From contig OZ116700.1 in NCBI GenBank assembly GCA_964199315.1, positions 33,852,001 through 33,916,000 on the forward strand: 64,000 nt of DNA, written 5' to 3'. Shown piece by piece: positions 10,580-23,188 of the stretch. This DNA comes from Orbicella franksi (taxonomy: Eukaryota). Made by a program: the position numbers and the translations under genes. The notes under the pieces were generated by a model. That model saw only the letters and a program-made list of their open reading frames with translations. It searched no databases and was not told the DNA's origin. Each line of letters opens with the position of its first letter. Positions within the stretch are counted from its first letter, which is position 1.

Positions 10580-13500
10580 ATGCGACTTTTATTTCATGAC
10601 CGGGTAATACCCGAGTTATTCATATTGCTGATTTGGTTTATATTAAGCAAAGGAGAAAGGCACGTTCACAAAAAGGACGGTAAGTTTTGAGATTTTCATC
10701 TACTATGTTTAATCAAAATATTTTTTCCAAACATGACAATGTTACGAAATGGGAAATTTAATCAAGTTCTTGACTATATTTTGGTTGTTTCGTTATTGTT
10801 ATTTTCCAATGCGTTTTATCTATGAGCAAATTTAGTGCACTAGAGAATTTTCCCTGGCGTTGAAACAGGTGGTGTAGTTTTATGTTCATGAGACATCGCT
10901 GATAACTGAACGATACTTTGAGAAGGCAATTGCCGTCTAATTGTTTGCTTTGTAAACGAAAGTTACCCATGTCTAACATGTCTGCTATTACATTTCATAA
11001 CTCAATAGTAATTAATCGCTTCTATTATGTAGAAGTGGATTAACGAGCCTCGAGGTCGTCATGAGGGAATTCCTGACGATTTTAACAATTTTACGATTTG
11101 ATCATTTATAGTTTGCTACCGTTCTCCTTACCACCTGTTGAGCTAACATTTCTTGTCAACCTACCTGCTACAATACAAAATGTTGTTTGCTGATCAAATG
11201 ATTATACTGCAGATATTTCAAAGGAAAGCAAGTCGACATTTATCACCATCAGAATTCCTGCAAATGTGGCAACACATAATCAAGGTAAAGAATGCTCTTT
11301 TTATTTCATTTCTTTTTGTAATTTTGTAAATTATAGGATGGTATATGTAGGACTCTTATTTAGTTATGTAAATCAACTCCCACTGGCAGGAATTGCACTT
11401 TCTTTCAGACTGGTGTGTAGTTCACGGATTTGATTCAAGCTGGAAGATTTCGAGTGTCTTACTGATAAAAATTCTTTCTCATATTTCTGCTGAACGTTAC
11501 ATAAAATGTCATCCGTTCCCGATAGTTTGTTATTTGTACCATCGGATCAAAATCATTTCAAAATACATTTGCTTGATACTGTAATAATTTGAATTGATAT
11601 TCTACTCTCTTGCGTCCACGCAATTCACACAGATTGTATGTATGAAGGAGTGGTCCGCCATCACGGCGATGCCTGGTCTCCAGGACCCTGTATTCCCGAA
11701 TGTCGATGTAAGCACGGGCACGTGAAATGCTCCAAACTAGAATGCCCGGATTTGAATTGCGATAAGCCTATCAAGAGGAAGTGGAAATGCTGCCCAGAGT
11801 GTTTACCGGGAATGGAAAACGGTTAGTACTATCAGTATCTGGGCTGGGTTGTTCAAAGCCCGATTAAGCTAACCAGGATTAACGAGAAGTTTGATTTCAT
11901 TTTTGTAGCCTTTCAGCAAGGTGTTCTGTTTATATTTTTTACCCTTCAGTTTTTAGCATGAGTAATCTCAAACTACACAAAACATAAGCGGTGGATAACA
12001 TTTTTATTGAAGAAAAATTGTTACCCCGGTTAACTTTTAATCCTGGGTTAGCGTTAACCAGCTTTTGAACAACCCAGCCCAGCACTGAGTCCAAGTGACA
12101 TGAATTTTCTGTTGCCACACTCATCTCTTGTTATGTAAGTTCTGAAGATTTTGGTAGTATAACAACACCACCCATGCCCTCTCTCCTCTGTAAAGGTTCG
12201 TAACGTTCGTTATAGAAAGCCGTTTTGTTAGGTGAGTGCAGGCGCAAACCATGCGCTTGCACTTGCACTATCGTTCAGCGGATTCTCCCCACCCAGAAAA
12301 ATCCCTTTGAACCTCTGCGAAGGAGAGAGACCCGTGCCCAAGATTAGTTTTCTTTATTTTTCTCAATATTTGATAAATGTTTTGACATTGCGAGGAAACA
12401 TTTGCATTCTTGGATATCAAAGGGTTACTGCACAATTATGATCACGAATGAGTTTCTTAATTTGCTTTCACGGCCTGCCGTTCCGCCGTTCCACGGTTCC
12501 ACAGTTCCAAAGTTCCTGTCTGGCCACTACTGAGTTGTTCTCATATTACTATTTCTTTTGTTTAGGAACCTCATGCGGCGTAAGGACCAAGGACGGAAAC
12601 GCTTATGGCGGCTGCTGTGTGTTTCCTTTTAAATACAATGGCGTGATGCACTATACGTGCACCTATCTGGACCACAATATGCCATGGTGTTCAATCACAA
12701 TGAATTATGACCGGGATGGAGTCTGGGGAGAATGTATAGGTACATATAGTAACGGCGACGCACCGCCGACATTCTTTTCTTAGTTTAGCGTATTTGTAAG
12801 ATGTTAAGTGCACTAGGAGCATCTAAGACAATTTTTGATGAAAAAAAGTAAGCAGACTTAGTGTCCTGTATTCATTTAATTCCACAACGAAGGTTGTGTG
12901 TTTTATCAAGGTTAGAAAATCTGCTTGTCAGTATGGCGATATGGCCAGACTTGCAAGCGGCGTTTATTAGTTTTATCTCAAGAACTAGGTACTGGAAATG
13001 AACTTGGTGATCATTCTCATTGAAAGACAGACGGAAAGATGAGGGTGGCAAAATACGTAAGAGAATATAACATCCGAGGACAAAGTTGGAACACAGACAG
13101 AAAATAGACGTCCGCACTTTGGTAGTCAGCTAATGGTTAGCGGGTCGTCAAAAGTTCAAGCGTAGCGGACGGTTAATTTCCTATTTTATAGTGAAATCTC
13201 ACAGAGCCATATTTCTATCGAAAGATGTACGATGGAGTACCGGCGGATAACTTAAGTACATGTTGAGAAAAGCTTCGAAACCAGGACATCAGCGCCGGCT
13301 GTTTTAAAGGAACATATATAATCGATTATAATGCACTGAATCTCTATATACTTTCGTTTAATCTAGATAACGGTGATTCAGAAAAGACATTAAGATTCAA
13401 ACATCACAGAGGGAAAGCAAAGCACAAAATTCATCACCAAGACAACACAGATGCTTTGGTGTCCAACATAGCAAACAAAGTGGCAAACGGTCTTGCGAAC

Positions 13501-16313
13501 GAAACGGCCCAGCCGACAACAAACATTACCAGCCTCATTCCAACAGCACCGGAGCCAAGTGTGCAGTCTGGTAACGCTACAGAACTGTTACCGGCACCTA
13601 CAGCATCAGCGACAACACCAAACGCTGCTTCCAGTGTCCAGCCTTCAGCAACCGAAGTCGTACCAGTTGCATCGTCACCATCATCAAACGCTAGTGCAGG
13701 TGTCAGTTCCCAAGCTGTTCAACCATCACCCGCAACGTCACCTCAACCACAAGCAACCAGTTCAGGAGGAATTACCTATACCAATGCAACGGGATTAGTC
13801 CCTGCAGCAACTTCAATACCATCTCCGTCTCCGAGTGCTGGAGTCCCTGTGGTGCCTATTGCTTCTGTTGCTCCATCAGCCAGCGGTCAGACTACCCCAA
13901 TGTTGGAGACGTCAGTAGCTGTAGCGCCAACTTCTCAGCCGGCAGCTACCCAGCCAGCTCCTCAGCCAGGACAGGTAAAAGGAAAAGAGTTTCTCAAGAA
14001 TATGCTGTTTAGTTGCAGTTTTTATGGGGAATAGAAGAAAACGTCCATCCTAGCTATTTTAAAGTGCGAATAAGTACGATCCTTCTTCGTGTTTTTCACT
14101 CCCATAAAATAATCAACAGAAACAGTAAAGGGAGAGAGACATTTTCTTCGTACCTAAACTGGTTTCTTCTGAATTTCGATCTATATCTTCTATTTGATTC
14201 TCGAATTTCTGAAAACCCTAATTCCTGCCGTTACTTAGTTTCTTTTTTGTCGTTGTAAATTACCGCACCAAGACCTATTTGGTAAGAAATCTTATATTGA
14301 GAGAGAGTTTTGATTTCTTAACAACTGTTGTAATCTTAAAGTCTGTAGTGTCAGGACAAGGAGCTGTACCGACTCCATCCCTTGTAGCAACAGTCACCGG
14401 TGGCACCATACCCTTATCACCTGCACCGGTACCACTGGTAACCCAGGAACTGGTACCACAGCCAACCCAACAACCGGCTCCACAGCCGACGCAGCAACCG
14501 GCTCCAGAGCCCGCCCCTGCACCTAGTCCACCAGCTGTGGAAGGCGGAATTCCCGGGTACCCTTTTCCGATATCTCAGACAACTCTTAACCCAGGGCAGA
14601 CTCAGGCTCCAGGTCCGCAACCCGGTCAAGCTGTTCATGAACTGACGACAACAGAGATGAATGTCAACCACAATATTACAACTACAGAGTACTGGTTTGG
14701 CAAGGCTAACGAGACTCTAAATAGAACCAATGGTAATGTAAAAATAATAAATTATAAATTGCAACATTAGAGAGGAAGCCACATCAGCCTTAGCTGGTTT
14801 TCATGCAGGTCCTCTATCCTGGTCGAATTAGAATTGGAGATGTTGGTTTTTGTGGAGGGAGGAAACCCAGAGAATCCGGAAAAAACCCTCAAACTCAACC
14901 TACATATGGTACCGGACCGGAATCGAACCCGGGCCACATTGGTGGGAGGCGAGCACTCTCACCTCTGCGCCATCCCTGCTTCCCTAGGTCCGCAATCACA
15001 ATTTACTTTTCGTTCTTCCTGGGAAGTTTTGATGATGATGATGACGACGATGGTAATGATGAAAACAATCAACTTGTTCATGATGACCTTTTTCTTGCGA
15101 TGTAAATACAGCTACTAAAGTTTGCCCTAACTTTTGAAATAGATTTGCTTCTTCAAGACGAAACTAGCGCTCTGCAAAACAAAAGTTAGTGAGATTTATG
15201 GAGTGCTATGATATGTAAATTAAGATAACTCTGAGAGGCTTAAAGATTGAAGATATATCAAACAAACCAAAACTGGTGAATGTTTTGATATTGAAGAATA
15301 ATGCTTGACAAACGGTTTGAACCCAATTGGAAGTGTATTGTAGTGGGGACAAAGATATCGATTTCAATATTACTTTTTGTTAGAAGCGAATTTCTTAGTG
15401 CCGGAGTTTGAATTCCAAGAGGAAGCTATGAATTTTGTATTAACTGCAATTTCAGTGGTAGTAAAATATCGTTCAAGAAAGTATATGTAATAAATATTTA
15501 CATTATTTGTTCTCAGAGGTTATGAACCAAACTGAACCGTTACCGGGAGGAACTGGGAACCAACAGATCCTAACCAATCAAACAACAGCAGGAAACGAGA
15601 CTGTGACCAACCAGACCGTGGCCAATCAGACCATGAGCAATCAGACCATGAGCAATCAGACCATGAGCAATCAGACCATGAGCGATCAGACCATGAGCAA
15701 TCAGACCATGAGCAATCAGACCATGAGCAATCAGACCATGAGCAATCAGACCATGAGTGATCAGACCATGAGCAATCAGACCATGAGCAATCAGACCATG
15801 AGCAATCAGACCATGGGCAATCAGACTCTGAGCGACTCGTATAACAATGGACAAGGCAACCAGGCGTCGTATGGTTACCAAGCAGCCGCGTCTACCAGTT
15901 ACTACCAAAGTCAGAGCCCGGCTCCCTACATGGATCAACCGAGTGCCTCGCAAGGAGGCTATCCATCTTATAACACACAAGGATACAGCGACAACACAGC
16001 TTACCAGGGATACAATGGGTATAGTAACACAGGTTACCAGACAAACAATGGGTACGGTGACACAGGTCACCAAACTAACAGTGGGTACGATAACACAGGA
16101 TACCAGAGAAGCAATGCATATGAAAACACAGGTTACCAGACTAACAATGGATATGAGAACACGGGCTACCAGAGAAGCAATGCATATGATAACACGGCTT
16201 ACCAGCAATACGGGGAATCACAATCTCAAAGCAACGTCGGACAAGCCGGATACTATTTCAACGGCCAGCAATATCAGAATAGTGCGGATCCAGGATCATA
16301 TTACACGGGATAG
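10580..16313 (+). CDS. G2: secreted VWC-FN2-mucin-like glycoprotein with NQTMS array and Tyr-rich tail, 776 aa; join(10580..10679,11213..11284,11633..11821,12566..12739,13367..13974,14342..14732,15517..16313)
   Basis: Hydrophobic leader MRLLFHDRVIPELFILLIWFILSKG, then donor G|GTAAGT. VWC exon (CMYEG..WSPGPC..CCPEC) and FN2 exon (CVFPFKYNG..PWCSITMNYDRDGVWGEC). Phases are compatible and the total is 2331 nt to TAG. The acceptor at 14342 is weak but is the only phase-0-compatible one I found. Confidence 0.82.
11839..12082. mobile_element. MITE with 19-bp perfect terminal inverted repeats
   Basis: CTGGGCTGGGTTGTTCAAA (11839-11857) and TTTGAACAACCCAGCCCAG (12064-12082); non-coding interior; lies in G2 intron 3. 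Confidence 0.85.
14769..14981 (-). mobile_element. tRNA-derived SINE (family 2, V-SINE-like body) in G2 intron 6
   Basis: The reverse strand reads AGCAGGGATGGCGCAGAGGTGAGAGTGCTCGCC..GGGTTCGATTCC (A and B boxes), followed by GGGTTTCCTCCCTCCACAAAAACCAACATCTCC. Confidence 0.8.
15609..15833 (+). repeat. Coding minisatellite, 15 x 15 bp (AATCAGACCATGAGC = NQTMS)
   Basis: Units are NQTVA, 4xNQTMS, DQTMS, 4xNQTMS, DQTMS, 2xNQTMS, NQTMG, NQTLS, with exact 15-bp periodicity. Confidence 0.97.
16020..16206 (+). repeat. Coding 33-bp repeat, 6 units of Y-x-N/D-T-G-Y-Q-x-x-N-x
   Basis: Tyr codons start units at 16020, 16053, 16086, 16119, 16152 and 16185. Confidence 0.9.
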
Positions 16314-17343
16314 AGCATGAAGTACACATGGCAGTTTCCGTAAACTGGCAGAAATCGTCGAATGGAGTTTTGAACAAGACCCTTCAAAACTGTGTTTTGT
16401 AATAACTTTTTGAAGCCATTTGACTCGCTGAAACGCGACAGAGTGTATTGAATGACCACCAAAAACAGGAAATGATCTTCGTTATCCGTCTTGGACTTGC
16501 GTTTCTGCGATGGCAGAAGCACAGGGTTTGGATTAAGCACTATTGCTCGGTTTATTTAGTGACGTTATTAAAGAAAGAAAAACGATTACCGGTCGTTTTT
16601 CAAACACTGCTGTAAAACTGAAATTGGAGAGTTAATAACAAATGTCAGAAAACTTTTATTTATAACTAAACATTAATTCTTATGACTTGAGTGAGAACTG
16701 CCTTGAATTGAATCTCACTGGTTCGTGTTCATGCATTATTACTCCGAGATTACAGGATCATAAATCTGTCCCCGCCCAGCGATTTAATAAGCTCAGCCCC
16801 CTTGTAATCGACGCCTGCTGCATAAACTTGAACGTATAGAACTGTTACCACGCATGTAAAGGCGAAATATCACTCACAATTTTTTAACTAAAAAGAAAAT
16901 CCTTCCCATCTCTTTCATTTTCTGATCTGTTCCAAGGTCCGATAGCACGATCCGCTTAGCTGTGTGATAATCCATGCTACTCTTTCAGTAGAGAACCAGG
17001 AAAAATGTAATAAGAAGATGACGAAGGCTTAGGCTGTTCCCGCCTTAGAAACTTTCGTCTCCGGCCCATACTTTTATTATTCGTTTCCTCCTTCCTCAAA
17101 CGTTTTAGTGTTGTAATATGTGGAAGGGTGACAGAAATGAACCATCGCTGTATATAAGGGAACAAGTAGTTAGAGTCATGCACACCGGGGCAGTCCGAGA
17201 CCACCTGTTGCTTTGCTCAGTTTACTTACAATCCGTCTGCGTCGGGGTGGGCCAGGGGTTAATAACCGATTGGGAGAGAATAAAATAGACAATAAATAGC
17301 CTGAGGGGGAAGCTGCTGCCCAGTTTAGCACACATCTTCAATG

Positions 17344-17420
17344 TATAAAAGGGTATTGAGACACCTGTGTTGAGAACGGTTCGTGCAATCGCTTCTATGA
17401 ACTTTTATCAGCTTTGACAG
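17344..17420 (+). promoter_or_regulatory. Candidate TATA box and short non-coding first exon upstream of G3
   Basis: TATAAAA at 17344-17350 and donor-like GACAG|GTACGC at 17420/17421. No transcript evidence is available. Confidence 0.3.
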
Positions 17421-18383
17421 GTACGCGACTGCCATTGAAGGGCTGTAAAGATTTGTGTGTACTGGCTTGAAGATAGTCGAGAGCAATCAAAACAAACAAT
17501 GATCATTATAAACTACACCACTTTGCGTCATTGTTAAGTCCCAGTATACATCATGTGAAATGAATACCACACCTGTCGGTAAAAGAAAGTGGGCAATTAC
17601 AAGCCCGCTCGTTCTTAAATTTTGATCTTTGATCTTTGAAAGTTACCAGTGCAATGCAATTCGATAAAATTTTAACTGAAGAGGTGCGAAAAAAAATTGA
17701 GTTTGTTTCAACTAAAAACTAAGAAAGGAAAGGAAATTCACTCAAATTGAGCTTTTCAATCAATTAAGCACTCCAAAATTGTTTTATTACACTTTCTAAG
17801 CAGCGAGTGAAATCGATGACAGACCATTTTTTCGTTTTTTTTTTCGCTTCTTGGCGTGCAGCTTATCATAGAGGGGACCTTGCACTAGTGAATAATAAAA
17901 TCAAAACAAATGAATTTTGACGGCAAATTTGAACAAGCCTTTCAATTGATTGTTCCAAACAGAAGGGCCGTTGATACCTTTACTACAGTTTCCTATCAAT
18001 TCTTGTTGTGTTAAAGATGGACCTTATTGAATGAAGTGCTTTCATAATGTTAACTTTCATTATTGAGATTTCTCTAACCGTGAAGTGTTACTCTTCAAAT
18101 TTGAGTTAACCTAAATCTAGCGAATGCAGCTTAAAGCGAAAATGAATAAAGCCGAAACCTTTCGGTAACAGCCGAGTTGTTGTATGAGGGGTGACTGAGA
18201 AACCCTTTCCACAGCTGTCTGCTGTGAACCTGTCAGATCAGCAACAAGTTTTCCTGTTAGTCGTGACCCTACCAGAAATGCTAAGAGTTATGTAATTGGT
18301 CCACCAGTCACATCACAGAAAGAAGACACAGCTTGTGTAAACCGTTGGTGCCTTATTTGATTACATACGTGGCCTTCCTAACA

Positions 18384-18560
18384 CGCATGCGCGAATGGCG
18401 AGCTCGCATTTTTGTTAACAAAAGAATTAGTTATTTGCCGGCTTGTAGTTTCAGGGAGGAAATGTCGATATACGATACAACGAAATGGAGGTAAAATTCG
18501 ACGTGGTAACAACGTAACGGTAAAGAGGAGGACATTTGTTTTAATTGGCCGCTTTCGAAG
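18384..18560 (+). promoter_or_regulatory. Candidate promoter and 5'UTR exon of G3
   Basis: NRF1-like CGCATGCGCG (18384-18393), strong donor GAAG|GTAAGA at 18560, and acceptor TTTTTGCAG at 19169 opening the ATG-containing exon. Confidence 0.4.
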
Positions 18561-19266
18561 GTAAGATACAATGCTCTTTGAAATTATTATTTCTTGTATC
18601 GTTTTCCAAAGGGAAAGAGTCTGTTTTATATTTCTGGCTTGTCTTGTGATTGATCTTTTACTTGCGAACTAAAGTTCAGTTTTAAGGGCGGGAGGGTAAA
18701 CTGAATTTAAGCCCTATGATAACAAGCAACTTTAAAGACTTTACAGGAAACTATTACTAGAAACAAAAAATAAACCCCGTATCTTATTATCATGTATTTC
18801 ATGATCGTGAAATAACCGCTGTGAGAAATTGCTGTCGGATAAGCAACTGGTGGTTGAGGCAAGGAGAGAATAGAAGTCTCGGGATTTAAAAAAAAATATA
18901 TATTTCTTCTGAAAAAGTAAAAGTAGTTTGTTGGTAAATTCAAATCAGATCTGATACGTTTTTACAATCTTTGAACTTATACTTTCTCATGATGGCTACT
19001 GGTAACCAAATCAATATAGCACCATTCTAGAAAACGGGTTGTCAGGAATGAAATACCATCAACACAACTTCACCAAAACCTCTTCCTCGATCATGCCCCA
19101 CTTCCGGAACACTGTCATGTGAAGCTTTGCTTCAAAGTCATTCGTTTAGGTACGTTTTCATTTTTGCAGACCCAAAGCAAGAAAGCGAGTGGCAAGACAA
19201 GATTTAGATTCCTCTCCTTTGAGAAGGAACGGGATATTAGCAACCAGAGGAAAAAAGCAACTAGCA

Positions 19267-22200
19267 ATGAAGACTCTTCGGTGGATACACTTGATCGTTG
19301 TTATGCACTTTGTGCAAATCATCACAGCTTCGGACGGTAAGTTCTATCAAGTACTCCTGTTTTATAAGATACACGAAGGCGCTAGATCGGCAGCTGGCAT
19401 CTTATGACGCAATGTACGATTTGCTTGGTTTAAAACTTTAAGCCAATCCAAGTTTGCTGTTTGTCACTCCAAAAAAATGACTGGGAGCTTAAAAGAGAAA
19501 AAATTGAAATTTATACCACGAAATTCGATTCTGTTGAAGATATCTCAGATTATGGCGTAGACTGAGCAATTTCGTCGGTTGTAAAGTTTTCCGCACAAAA
19601 TAAAAGGAAAATTAAAAAGGGAAAATTTCTGTACTAAACTGGTGATGGGTTTTAATACAATTAGTTTCAAAGCAGATAAATTTCTTTCCCAATTTCAAAA
19701 TTTAGTGGGCTATTTCTCTCTTTAAAGTCTTAAAATTTTTGACATTTTTCCTTTCCCGCTTGTGTGTAAATATTTGATGAATATATACTTTTCAAGGACA
19801 AAAAAGAACTGGTCTAACACAGCAATCAATTGTGCCACCAGGTCAAACAATTTTCTAACTTGCAAAAGTCTTACGTAAAAAGCTGCTCTCTGCGATTGCG
19901 TTATCAAGACGAGACTTTATTTGGTGAAAAACAATTACATGAGTTTTCCTCAAAATCTGTCAAAATTGCTATCGGCTACAATCATTTAAATGGCTTTGCA
20001 AGATATGCTTGAACGCATCTGTAGCCTAGCCAGCTAACCGTGAAGGTGATTAGCAGTTTACCTGCAAAATACAAGCTGCTTTCAAATCAAAGATCAACTG
20101 TCTTTATGAATATGCATTATTGTAAATGTTTTCGACGGTGACATATTTTGAAACCGTCGCAAATGTTCCAGAGAGTAATTCGATTGCGATCAAAACCAGT
20201 CTTCGAATGGTGCTAGTTTCCTCTGATAAAGTGCCCGCCTTTACGTAGCATTTCAATTGACAATTGAACTAAGACCTTATATGCTTCCTTGATGATATGA
20301 TTTTAAGCGAAATAAACACTAAAAGAAACACACAGACTGCACTTAAATTCATCGACAACTGAATGGTATCATTCATTGTTAAAAAAAAAAATCTGCTAAG
20401 TAAACGAAAGAGTCTTAAGGTGGTTTCTTTCCAGACAACGTGAATTTAATGAAATAAGCCAGTGTTCATAATATTATGAGCATAAGAAGTCAGAACCCAA
20501 AACTAACTGGGTTGCCGAATTTTCGACAGTTCATCAGTACTTTTGGCATATAATAACAATGTGTAAAGAAATCGTTTCACAACTGATTTCGTCTACGAAA
20601 ATACACATCCATACATAATAACCATGGTTTTAATGAGAAAATAAAATTGCAACGGGGTGGCCCAGCCTACTAATATGACCTTATATTCTTTTTGTGGAAG
20701 AACGAAAACAGGAGAATTCTGTGAACGCTCCTTTGAGTATGTCGTAACTAAGTGACTAACTCAACCATCATCTGACACCAGGTCTAAGAACTAACCCAGC
20801 ACATAGCAGCAAGAACAGTGCCACAAACCAAAAGCGCTAACGGCCTGTAAGCCAGAAAATTTGACGGTTAAACAAATTTAGCCCAAAAGACAGAGCTTTA
20901 GTTAACGTCAGGCATTTGCAATAAAGCCATTTAGCTAATAAGCCATTTCCAAGTTACCGTGTTCCTCTGATTCAAAACGAGTCTTCGTGCCAAACCTTTC
21001 ACATGAAAATGAGTTTGATTTGTATGAAAATGAACCTGTACGCAGTGCACACTTTTATATGAACGGCTTCGCACGAAGGCAACTTCGAAACGCCCTTATT
21101 TGATTTCGCATTTAGACTCCGATTTGTCTTTTCATCATACTGGTTTCGTATATATTTCTGACACATTCTTTATACATATAAGTATATTACACTAAAATAC
21201 GAGTCTAAATTAACAGTAAAATAACCGTTTGCATTTGCAAATGTGGGTTGTTAAGCATTTTAGCAACATAGCTTGTAATGTAATACGGAATGGATGCTTT
21301 GTTTCTCAGATTCATGGTGTGTCGACCAGATCGCATGCGCAATGTATGGAAAGGATCACTGCAAGTCATATGACTGGATAAACCTTAACTGTCCCAAGCT
21401 CTGTGGACATTGTGGCAATGGTAAGTATCATAATTACGTCACTTGGTCTACACACATGCATGGTAAACTATAACTTGACTGCACATCTAATGGCATGTTT
21501 CACAAATTTCATTTCTGACATTTTTTTTTTTATCTCAGTTCGACAAAATGCGAATCAGTGCAGGCTGTGAATATACACTGTATGGAAAGCGGTTGGCTCT
21601 CTCATCCAAAACTTTTTTCTTGCGACATCTGATTATAATACGCCATTTCCGAGTCACCTTGTGCCTCTGTTTCAAAACAGTCTTCGTGCAAATGAACCAC
21701 TAGCTTGGGCGGAACACATTTTCATATGAATGGTTTCTCACGAATACTATTTTTGACACAGAGGCAAAGGGCAATTCGGAAATGATCTAATCCCTCCTGC
21801 CTATTCCCAAATGGCTGGAACAAAAGAGTATTGCCTTAACTGTTAATCTCTGCACTTATTCTCTATTCAGCGGATATCCCTATTTATTTTTTTCCCCAGA
21901 AGCAGCACCAGTTGCAACAGAAAAAGTTGCAAAGTTCGTAGCACCAACTGCGCAGCCAACAGTAAATCCCTTCAAGGGATGGGAGGACGCCCCTACCAGC
22001 GTGCCAGACACTTCAAAAGTAGTTCTCAACCGTAACTACACCTACCCTAAGGTAGAATATCACGGTACAGCACCTCTTATAGCAACTAATGAAATAGCAA
22101 ATGAGACTATATACCAGGAAGTTTCAGTTCCGGTTGAAAACTCTCCCTCATATAACTTATATAACAAGACAGTAGGATCTGAGAACCTTCTTCCGGTTGC

Positions 22201-23188
22201 TCAAAGTAGTACTACTTCAGGTTCGGAGATTGGAGTTTATGATTCATCGACGCCACAGGAAGTACTTCCGGTACAGGCAGGAACACTGGAGCCCACTTCA
22301 CAGCCGCTTATTGTTATGAATGCTAATGAACTTCCGGTTGTACCTGTTGAGGAAATGGAGGTTTTGGAAATTAAGGAAAACCCGGACTGGGTTGTGGAGA
22401 TACCTTCAAATGTGCAACCCGTGGAAAACAACGGCGTTGAGCAAATAAAAATTTCTTTTATCGACAAAAACAAGCCCGTGCAAAGTGTCAATGAAGTGTC
22501 TTTACAGCCACCAGTAGAAGGAAACCAGGAAAACATTAAAATATCTTTCCTCGGAAATCAAACATCGCCAGTGAACGTAAATGGAAATGCGTTAAGTTTG
22601 GAATCATCTTTGCCTCCACCGGAACATCAAAGCATCAGGATTTCATTTGAAAAAGAGAAAGAAAACGTGGCCCCTACAGGGGTACCGTTAGTACACCAAC
22701 TCGAAAGTCACGTGACGGCATCACTGCCGAGTACTACGCATGTTCTGGCGACCCCGGCTCCCCCTATGCCCAGTGGTCCTGGAGTAGTGAATCCATTTGA
22801 GGGAGGAGTGGTGGACAAAATTATCAGCAACGCCACCGCAGCCCCGCTGACTCCAAATCAGAATATCACAGTGGATTTTCTACACAATGCGGAGACTGGT
22901 GTCCCTGTGGAACCGCAGCCTCACGTGACCATGCAACAACACCGTGAGTAGCAGTTTTACGATCTGTTTTTGAATGTGTGTTTTTTTTCCAAGGAAGGGG
23001 TACGAAAGCGAAATTGGAAATTGTTTTGAAAGCTTGTCAATATGTTGTTTAGCGGAACGCCTACAATAGAGAAATACGTATTTGGATTCAAAACGCGATG
23101 CAGTTTTTTCATTTTTTTTTTAGAATCTTCAATCAGAGACCGATACTTTCACATCAATTTATCAATCAGTCTCCTGCCTGACTTATAG
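19267..23188 (+). CDS. G3: secreted ShKT-domain protein with a long Pro/Val/Glu/Asn spacer, ~429 aa; join(19267..19336,21310..21420,21900..22943,23124..23188). The last exon is tentative; these exons may instead splice into G4
   Basis: Leader MKTLRWIHLIVVMHFVQIITAS, then G|GTAAGT. ShKT exon WCVDQIACAMYGKDHCKSYDWINLNCPKLCGHC. A 1044-nt open exon ends C|GTGAGT. The putative terminal exon follows a T-rich acceptor at 23123, with TAG at 23186-23188 and AATAAA at 23207. Confidence 0.65.
20938..21100. mobile_element. MITE copy 1 (GCCATTTCC...GGAAATGGC family), degenerate
   Basis: AGCCATTTCCAAGTTACCGTGTTCCTCTGATTCAAAACGAGTCTTCGTGC aligns with the copy at 21637. Imperfect inverted right end. Confidence 0.7.
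21637..21791. mobile_element. MITE copy 2 of the same family
   Basis: GCCATTTCCGAGTCACCTTGTGCCTCTGTTTCAAAAC at the left end and GACACAGAGGCAAAGGGCAATTCGGAAATG as the inverted right end. Confidence 0.75.

Noticed and set aside
15020-15105. Asp-rich stretch DDDDDDDGNDENN as a coral acid-rich protein exon
   Set aside because: It is a short (GAT)n microsatellite in G2 intron 6. The available acceptor is not phase-compatible with donor 14732.
15570-16208. Minus-strand 212-aa (LIAHG)n ORF and + strand ORF 15847..16320
   Set aside because: Shadow frames of the NQTMS and Tyr-rich repeats, which lack stops in several frames.
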